A model generated the notes under the pieces. It was given only the letters and a program-made list of their open reading frames with translations. It had not been told where the DNA came from and did no database searches. Both the position numbers and the translations under genes were made by a program. A stretch of DNA of 58,837 bases, counting the filler, from Catajapyx aquilonaris (lineage: Eukaryota), in NCBI GenBank assembly GCA_000934665.2. It is 2 parts of 2 records of this genome, joined end to end, with 100 filler letters (N's around TTAATTAATTAA, not from the genome) between each part and the next. Parts side by side here need not be neighbours in the genome. Positions count along the whole stretch, not along the records: positions 29,480 to 58,837 come from KZ539224.1; 1 more part is not named here. One strand, written 5' to 3'. This document shows, piece by piece, positions 50,314 through 58,837 of this stretch (the first letter of the stretch is position 1; each line of letters begins with the position of its first letter).

Positions 50314-53300
50314 CTATTCCTCTTCGGGTCCCATGGCCATCATCTTCCTCTTGGCTATCTTGGAGTACTGGATGTCTATGGGGAGGGTGGTGTCATACAA
50401 GGAAGGTGCCTGCAGGATGATCCCACACGTGCCCAAGACACAGGCCAAGGAGAAGATCCAGAGGAACAGACGGTCCAACACCATGGCCACGTACTTCCAG
50501 TCTTCCTCTATCTACATAGTCATAGAAAAGGGTTAGAATTTCGGGCTGATCTTTACTACGCGACGAAGTGACGGGAGTCGGTGTGGAGGCGCACCGGGGG
50601 GGCATGCAGGCAAACTCGAGCGTTACCGAAAAGCGTTACAGTCAGGCCCTGACAGGGGGGGTCCGCCAGGGGCCCCATGGCAGGGCTAAATTCGGATCCG
50701 CATAGGGGGCCATGGAGGCAAACTCGAGCATTACAGAAAAGAGTTACAGTCTACTATAGCCATGTCCACTATACCCGAGTCTACTATATCCGAAGTGGCT
50801 AAATTCGGATCCGTATAGGAGGCATGGAGGCAAACTCGAGCATTACAGAAAAGCGTTACAGTCTACTATAGCCGAGTCTACTATATCCGAGTCTACTATG
50901 TCCGAGTCTACTATATCCGAGTCTACTATCTCCGAGTCTACTATATCCGGGTCTACTAATTATGAAATAAATAAATATTAATGAATAAATAAAAGAAATA
51001 ACTTGACTCCAGCCATTTCGCCACGTATACATATAGGAAAGACCAGCCCCTGCTACATGTTGTACCTCTGCGAACTTGTCCTCGTTCTTCTTGTGCTGCG
51101 CGACGAACCTGATGCCCGTGATGGCCTTGGCGAACTCCGGGTAGAAGGGCCTGTCGCTGGAAGGACTGACCTCACCGGTACCGGCAAAGTCCACGACGTC
51201 GTCCGTACCCGGTAGCGGCAGGAACCCGGCACCGTTCCCACCGGCGGTCGTGGTCTCGACGAAAGGGGATGTGACGTCGACGAAGCCCCGGTGGTCGTAC
51301 CTTGGAGGTGTGATACTGGGTATGTCATAGTCTCTGCCATATTTGCCATACTTTTCATACTCCTGGATATCGAACACGTCCATCTTTCCGTTGCTGCCTC
51401 CGTTGCCGCCGTTGTTGTCCGGAAGACCAAAGTCGATCCCGCAGGCCTGGTGGGTGTTGCTGGTATGGTTCTTGTCCTCGTCCTCGTCCTCGTCCCTCTT
51501 GGGCCTCTCGATGAACAGGTACCTGGGCAGGAACTCGATGAAGACCTTCCGGACCCACGGTGCCATCCGGTGTGTGGCTGGCGAGCGGAAGTTGACGTTG
51601 AGCACCGCGATGGTCACCACCACGGAGAATGTGACCAGGATCATTGTGAACAGCAGGTACTTCCCAAGGAGCGGTACGGTCAGGGACGTCGGAGGGATGA
51701 TCTCGGCCAGGAGCAAGAAGAACACAGTCAGGGACAGGAGGATGGAGATGCAAAGAGACACCTTCTCTCCAGAGTCTGATGGAAGGTAGAAGACAAGGAC
51801 TGACAGAAAGGAGATGCCCACGCAGGGTATGATCAGGTTGACAGTGTAGAACAGTGTCTTCCGCCTCAGAGTGATGTTGAAGATGATGTCCGGGTATGGC
51901 TCCTCGCAGCAGCTGTAGAACTTCTCATTTCGGACAGCAGGCACCTTCATCACGTCCCATTCAACACTCAAGTAGTAATCACGAAGATCGATGCCCACTT
52001 CAATAAAGTTGGATTCGGCCGTTTGACCTATGTGCTGGAGGTCAACCTGAAAAGTAGGACAATTTTTGCTATATTTGCTCCAAAAACTAGCGTCATTTTC
52101 AAAATGTGGCTACCCATCTAATCTGGGAATGATCTGCGTTCACCCCTATTGTTGCGGGTTTTGCCTATAGTGACATGCACACGCCATTTTCATCAATCAA
52201 AAACTGATAGGGAAACAAGCTATTGAGCTCGTTTCAATAACCAGCATTTTGGAGAGGAAAAACATGCCAATATTATTATTCCGATGGTAAACAACCTTTC
52301 GATCAAACTCACAGTGTGATGTGACCCGTGCCAATTTTAATTATCACTATTGCAATAGAGATGTGCAAATAGTTTTGTAACATTTTCAACGGGTTCAGAT
52401 GCTGGTAATATGAATGGATAGGGAATGCTCCCTTAGAAATATTTTGATTTGATTTGTGTCTGTAATTGATTTGAATTGAATTGGTTTGATTGTGAAACAT
52501 GATTGCGATTGGTTTGGATTGATTTGATTTGAATCAAGTAGATTTGAATGGAATTGAATTGGTTTAATTGTGAAACTTGATTTTGATGTGACTTGACTGT
52601 ATGTGATTTATTTTATTCGATTTGATTTTTGACTTAATTAATATCCATATGGTCAGATAATGTACTAACCAAGTATCCGTCGTATGTCCAGGAGCCGAAC
52701 TTCATGAAGCAAGTCTGCTCATCAAATGGAAAGTACTCGACGTCTATCTCACACGAGGACTTGTAGATAGCAGGAGGCTTCCATGACACCTTTCCCGTGT
52801 AGTGAAGATTAGCTTTGGTCATTATGGTCACTTCGTAGTTACCATCCGCACTGAAATGGAAATAAACTTATTAACATTTGTAGAGCATCGCCCAATAATA
52901 ATTGGATTGGGAATGTGACTATGTTTGTCCGCGATTGCTGCGCCATCTATGTGAGACATACTGTACATCCTTTTAAATAATCTGCGTCGCACATCTCAAT
53001 TTAATCCTTTCTTGCTTTTGTCATCAGGACTTAGCGGACATTTTCCCCTCGAGGTTGCACTAGTTGGTGCTATAGGGACTTTGCGAATTCTCCCTTTTCT
53101 CTACTCCACCTCCCTATCCAAAGTAATGAGGAGCAGTGAAATTTCGCCAATTACAATCCGGTGCAAGCGTCAGGCTTTTCGCTGAAACTCGGGGAGCACG
53201 AGCTTGATTTTTTTTTGGGATGCAAAAAAAACTCACGGGGTTTTTGCGCGTGAAATTTTGTGAATGTGGGTTGAAAGTAGCACTCTTCGTAATTGATGTG

Positions 53301-53854
53301 GGAATGGCTGGAAGGTTTCGAGCCAAAGCAGGGTTGACATTTCAGGACGAAATTTGGGATGGTTTTATCGCACTTTTGTCAGTTACGGTGTTTATACTAA
53401 GAAGAGTGATATTTACTTGTTGTACAAGACGATATCCGGAAGCCAAATGTGTTCTGAGGGTACATGAAGTGTCTCGACACCACCATAGTCCTCAGGGTTC
53501 CAGAGCAGCTTGTAGTCATGCCATTCCTGGAAAAAAACGATATATCAGTCAAAATGCACCGAAATTGTGTGAAAAATGGGTCTGTCCGGGGTGAGTCATC
53601 ACTTCAGCACATATCCACGTAGTACCAATACCTACGGCAGATGGCAGAAGTGTGTTGAGAGATATGCGCCATCTATGAGAAAAGTAGCGATACTACGTGC
53701 ACTTTGGTGAGCGGATGATGACTCCGGACAAACTAACAGACAGACTATTAGTATAATGATAATTAAAATTAATCAAAAAAATTTGTACAAATTTGTAAAT
53801 AAAACTCACCTGTTCTACCCAAACATTGGTGGTCATGATTTGATTCTTGAGGTT
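50314..53854 (-). CDS. nAChRalpha1: Nicotinic acetylcholine receptor alpha1 (ALS-like), 3' five exons: 53854-53810, 53526-53417, 52850-52670, 52046-51066, 50511-50314; 5' exons not found in the window
   Basis: [15 protein letters not shown], Cys-loop [15 protein letters not shown], loop [11 protein letters not shown]2 [42 protein letters not shown] and C-terminal YSKIAK are alpha1-type. Confidence 0.92.
50599..50957. repeat. Composite repeat plus 15-bp minisatellite (AGTCTACTATATCCG)n in the last nAChR intron
   Basis: Three GGCATG.AGGCAAACTCGAGC.TTAC.GAAAAG units followed by tandem 15-mers. Confidence 0.85.
52440..52632. repeat. Degenerate (TTGAW)n pentanucleotide microsatellite
   Basis: Runs of TTGAT/TTGAA. 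Confidence 0.7.
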
Positions 53855-54474
53855 CTGTAAAATTAGAGAGAAAAATCATTAATTATTTTGTGGGTGTTGC
53901 ACACACATGTAAAGGTGTGTGGGGAATATGGGTTCTGTATCGTGCCATTTGGGTGCCCACAGGATATTTGCTTTTCCAGGAATTCCGTAATCGATATCTT
54001 TCCCTCTCTGCACCGACCCCTTGGGCGATGCTCCAGCTTCTCTCTCTCTCTCTCCTTCTCCCTTCCCCTCCTCCCCGCCTTCCCTTCCATTGCTACAATT
54101 TTATAGAGTGAGGTAGGTTGGGGAGATGTGGAGGGGGAGGGTTGCATCGCAAATAATTCAGGAAGCAAGTACCAGGAGAGATTCGAAAGACCGAATATAT
54201 CGCAAATCTAACGGAATCACCTGGGAACTAACCTGCGAAATAATATACGGTACTGTATCAGAATATCCGGAGGTTAAAGGGTACTGACCTACAAATGAGG
54301 TCATTGTTGCACAAAAATTTGCAATATCACATTATTATTATTACCGCCTTTATCAATTTTTGCACTAACTTTTATGTAAGACATTTTATAATGACCAGCT
54401 ATCAAAAAGATTAACTGCTAATATTAGGTTGTAAATCTGTTCATATAAAACAGCTTAGAAAAATTAAAAACACT

Positions 54475-54595
54475 ACATAATATTAATAACTAATAATAAC
54501 ATAATGCGGTAATATTAATAACTAATAATAAACATAATATTAATAACTAATAATAATATTAATGACTAATAATAACATAATGATATTGATAACAC
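54475..54595. repeat. AT-rich degenerate tandem repeat
   Basis: Repeated TAATATTAATAACTAATAATA(A)CA. Confidence 0.7.
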
Positions 54596-57500
54596 AGGAT
54601 AAAATAATACAACAAAATAATGAGACTATATTAAATATCGAAAAAGAAATATTAGTTCTGAAGTGTGCAGTTTACAAAAAGTAACCTTAATAATATGTTA
54701 ATATCAACATACTGAAATATTAACACGATAAAATAACAAAAATAACGAGACAATGTGAATAATGACACAATAAAACTAATGACACTTCAAAAAATAACGA
54801 CAAAATAAATATTAGTTCAGAATGCTGCAGCTTACAAAAAGTAACTTTAATAATTCATAATATTAGTCAATTAATAATAAAATAAATATTAGTTTTGAAG
54901 GCAATTTTTTCACAAGCTTGGTCCGTTTAAGTAGTTACTCAGGACGATGCTAATATTAGGTTGAAGATCGGCCTTTTGAAATACGGCTGCAGGTTGAAAA
55001 ATTGACATTAATAATTCATAATATTAATAAATTAATAATAGTGCAATAAAATGATGCAGGCAATTTTTGCATTATCTGAAGCAGTTACTTAGCAACAGCT
55101 ATATATTTAGAGTGTGTAAAAATATTAGCTGCTTAATTATGTCTATTACGCCAAAAAAAATCTATTCGATTTTGTTGCAATAATTACATTCGCCCGAATT
55201 TTTTTCCTCTTGTTTGGCCCCCCATACCCCAGCCAATCATCATCACCCCGGATTTCCTATGCCTCTCCCCGGAATAACTGGGGGTACAGTTCTGCATTAC
55301 CCGGGGACTCATCTTCCGGAAGGGGGGGGGGGAATAAAAAGAGAAAGAACAGATCGATATAATGTATATCTCTGCTCTTTCCAACAGTCCTCTCGCATGC
55401 CAATGTCATTGCTGAATGGATTTCATGTCCTGGGAGAAAGGAGGGACTTGGCTTTCACAAAAGAGGATCCATTGTTGGAGGAGAGTGCAAATAACAATAA
55501 TGCTTCCGGGAATTGTTATATGTGCCTCTCTGCTCCGGAACACAGACTTTCATTCAAAAGACTTGGTGGCGTCTAGGCTGCCTATAGGTTTTTGGCCATG
55601 CCAAAAACCATGTCGTTACAAAGATGGCTGATTTTTTTAAATGCGAGTTTAATTGGCTGGAATTTTAAGTACAGTGCAATTTCATGCCCCGTGGCTATAG
55701 ATGTGAAATTATCCCCCATACGAAATTATATACACACCTCATTTTGCCAATTACCGCCTCCCTGACCCGTTCGGGCAATACATTGGCTTGTTAGTAATAA
55801 TTTACAACACACTATAGTCGCTCGTAAAGGTCACTGGATCAATAAACAGGCTTGTCAACATAAACCGTCGGCAACAATACATGGACACAACAATGAATCC
55901 TTTACATTGGGTGGTCAACTGATGAAACACAAGTTGCCATTTATTCAGTAAGAAAAGGAAGGTTGGACACTGGCGATTCCAAGAATAAAATGTCCAATGG
56001 TGTCCAACAAGGTGTCCAGCAACATCACAGGGTTCACTATACTAAAATTTTGCAAAATTACGCCAACAATTTGGTCAGATTAAATTGCAGTTACAATGAA
56101 ACCTGTCTATGTTGGACACTGACGGTTATGCCCAACTTCACATGTTTCATTGTAACTACAAATTTTATGTGATCAAATTATTGGCTGTAATTATTTCGCA
56201 CTGGCCGAATATATACACTGGGCTTATCGAGCAAGTGCAGTTGGTCCCCTTCAACTCCATAGGCTACACAAACTGCTACGGATTTATAGACTGACTAGAG
56301 GTCCTAATTTCATGCCTGTCTAGAAAATGAACCTCAGCTCCCAGAAGGGTAGGGGAGCCAGGGCCGTGAATTACTGTAATTACCAAATCCAGCTTAATGA
56401 AGGAGACTCTTTAACGAGGAAGAATTGAATGATCTCGATCCCGAGCCCCCCCCCCCCNNNNNNNNNNNNNNNNNCCCCCCCCCCCCCTGCGCCCTTTCTC
56501 TCTAAATACTGCGATTGAAGGGGGGGGGGGGTCAATATGGGCCTTGCAACAATGCAATGGCGAAAAAAATTAGACAATTAATTGAATATTAATATTTTAT
56601 ATCTATAATACACCGGTATTTTAAATAATTCGTTGTGTGACCGAAGCTTCTGATTTGCCCGCTCTATGTTGTTTTTCGCGACGGTTCCGATTAGCCCCCG
56701 TTCTGCGCATGCGCAAGGCAGCGCCTCTGGTGGATGGAACTAGTTTTTAATTAATTAATTGAAATTTACACATTTTTTACTTTCCTTGGGAGTGATTAGG
56801 AGGATCGTACAATATTATTGTGATATTACTTGATCTAATATAATTACTCAATCAACAACAACAACAATAATAATCGTAATTGTCCTTTCCATTCAATGGG
56901 GGCAAAATGAGATTTTATATCCCATGGATTTCGATTGAGATGGATTCGGCGGAAACTTTTAAAGTGAGATTTACCAGAGATGATGAAGCACCTGAAGAAT
57001 CCGGAGTTTTCTCAAAGCCTCTCTTTCTTTTCCTGTCCGGAATTTTGAACTAGGATCATACGACTCCGTAATAAATAGAACCATATGATCTGATTTGGAT
57101 TACAATGCACATGTCTATTAAAATATCCGGCTAGCAATAGTCCTTTTTTAAAAACTATATAAATTGTTTGAATTTATGCCGAATTTTAATATACATCTTG
57201 TGCGTCAGAGAGAGTTTCATTTCAATGGGGACTATACAGCTGTATTTGAACTATATGCCCACAGGTCTATAACACTATAGACTCGGCTGTAACGTACTAA
57301 GCACATAGCCAATAGCTGTGTGCCATGTGGATAAAAACTGTGAGCCACTTCGTATTGAAATCATTTTTTTATCAATCAAGTTGTACATTATTTGAACAAT
57401 AGTGGGCAGTATTGTCCGAAACATTTTTTTCAACCTTAATTAGCGTCAATTTTTTCACAAATTCAATTTTGTTCTAACAATCGACATGAGGCAATGCATA

Positions 57501-58448
57501 GAAGTGCAACAATAGTAATGAAGTGAAAATAGATTTTCCCTCACACCCAATCATTGTAGAGTATTGACCTTACGCATTTATTTTGATAACACCCACAGAG
57601 CACACAATTATATCTCTAGCTCTGGGTCTCGCTAATGAACTAGAGGGGAAATCCCAATCGATGTCAACACGTCAACAAAACGTGAGAGAGTAGAGGGTAT
57701 ATGTGTGTGGATGGGGGGGAGGGGAGGGGGGAGGGGGGAGTCGATTGTTATTCAGCGCGTGGTTTGCACGTGTGGATTATCCCTAATTAAACTCCGAACA
57801 TTTGCAGTCGTTATTCACTTTGCGAAACTTGAATTACTGTCCGGTGAAGCAAGGACTATAAAATGCAAACTTTTTAAAAAAAACTCCCCCCCCCCTTCCA
57901 AAAAAAAGGACTTCCATCTGCTGTCCAATTAAAACAGGATTAGGAAGCAACTATGTGTAGTTTTCCACCAATGGGAGATTACAAAATAGACTGTTCTTTA
58001 TAATGATTTTTTCACTCTTGGACNACCCCCCCCCCCCTCCCCTTTTATCTCTCTCTTTGGTGGAGACATTTTATATCTGCGATTTGGGCACAAACAAGTC
58101 TGATCGAAAGCCTAGATTTGGATGCGGACGTCAGTTCTTGCTCCGACAAAAGGGGTCCGGTTGACAATGGATTGGAGAGAAACACTTCTATTAGGAAGGT
58201 GATATTTACAGAGGAGAAAAAAATAGTGTTACTAACCTGTTGAGTACATATTTCCAACCAAAAGAAACGTTTTCAGCCAAAAATTATGAATAAACAAAAA
58301 TATTTTCCTCAACCTAACATATCTTAACATATAACCCAATTTTTCCCAAACATTTCAATATTTTTATTTTTTATTTTATTTTATTTTTAATGTCCCGTGA
58401 TATGGCGGAGCCCTTTTAGGGGGAAGGAGGAGGTTCCCAAGGGAGGGC

Positions 58449-58541
58449 GATCATTTCTGACTTTGTGATCTCTGACTTTGTCATTTCTGACTTTGTGATC
58501 TCTGACTTCGTCATTTCTGACTTTGTGATCTCTGACTTTGT
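58449..58541. repeat. 15-bp minisatellite (six units)
   Basis: Alternating CATTTCTGACTTTGT / GATCTCTGACTTTGT. Confidence 0.85.
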
Positions 58542-58837
58542 GAAATACACCAGGCCTTTTCTCCTGGCCCTGGGCAGAGTAGGGAGTGCAATTCTGCCCC
58601 AGCATATCGGGTGAAAAGCGGAAAACATTTTAATATTAGTGATGACAATAAACCAACGTTCCTGATTGGCTCAAAGGTTATGCCTGAGCCAATTAAAACT
58701 TAGATAACAAACCGTCCGAAAAATACCCCTAGTTTTTCAATTTCTGTATTTTTTTCCCCATCCGTAAAATTGCTAGTGAGTCGACGTAACAGAAAATTTA
58801 CGGGTGTTGACATTTGCATAATTAACTCGGCGTTATT

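Noticed and set aside
50858..50957. CRISPR-like array
   Set aside because: Head-to-tail 15-mers with no unique spacers, in a eukaryotic intron with no cas genes; a minisatellite.
58387..58628. ORFs with SEITK / VRDHK repeats
   Set aside because: Translation of a 15-bp minisatellite; no coding support.
53855..58837. Upstream nAChR exons or other genes
   Set aside because: No recognisable signal-peptide or N-terminal nAChR exon found; looks like a long, repeat-containing intron.

Overview
Gene-dense, short-intron eukaryotic DNA, most likely from an arthropod (the nAChR alpha1 ortholog supports this; the species cannot be determined). The left half has three head-to-head gene pairs: RpL15/Nup62, HSDL1/ERCC6L2, and GADD45GIP1 with an uncharacterised membrane-anchored GalT/HIT-branch (HxHxQ) protein. 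A MATH-truncated BTB gene and a ~970-bp foldback follow, then an artificial contig linker (N44-TTAATTAATTAA-N44, 29380-29479). The right half holds the most unusual feature: three tandem atlastin-derived large GTPases. In these the single atlastin three-helix bundle is multiplied to five exon-encoded repeats (all introns phase 0), the G4 RD motif reads RN, and the C-terminal Gly/Ala-rich membrane tail varies between copies. Copy 2 has lost two repeat exons to an ~820-bp insertion. Further right are a frameshifted BC-box/LRR pseudogene, an intact six-exon orphan gene, and the 3' part of nAChR alpha1. Many short non-autonomous TEs are interspersed (Tc1/mariner-, Harbinger-, P-like MITEs, DINE-1/HINE-like elements, tRNA-SINEs). 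All exon structures were read by eye from GT-AG signals and frame continuity; no searches were run.
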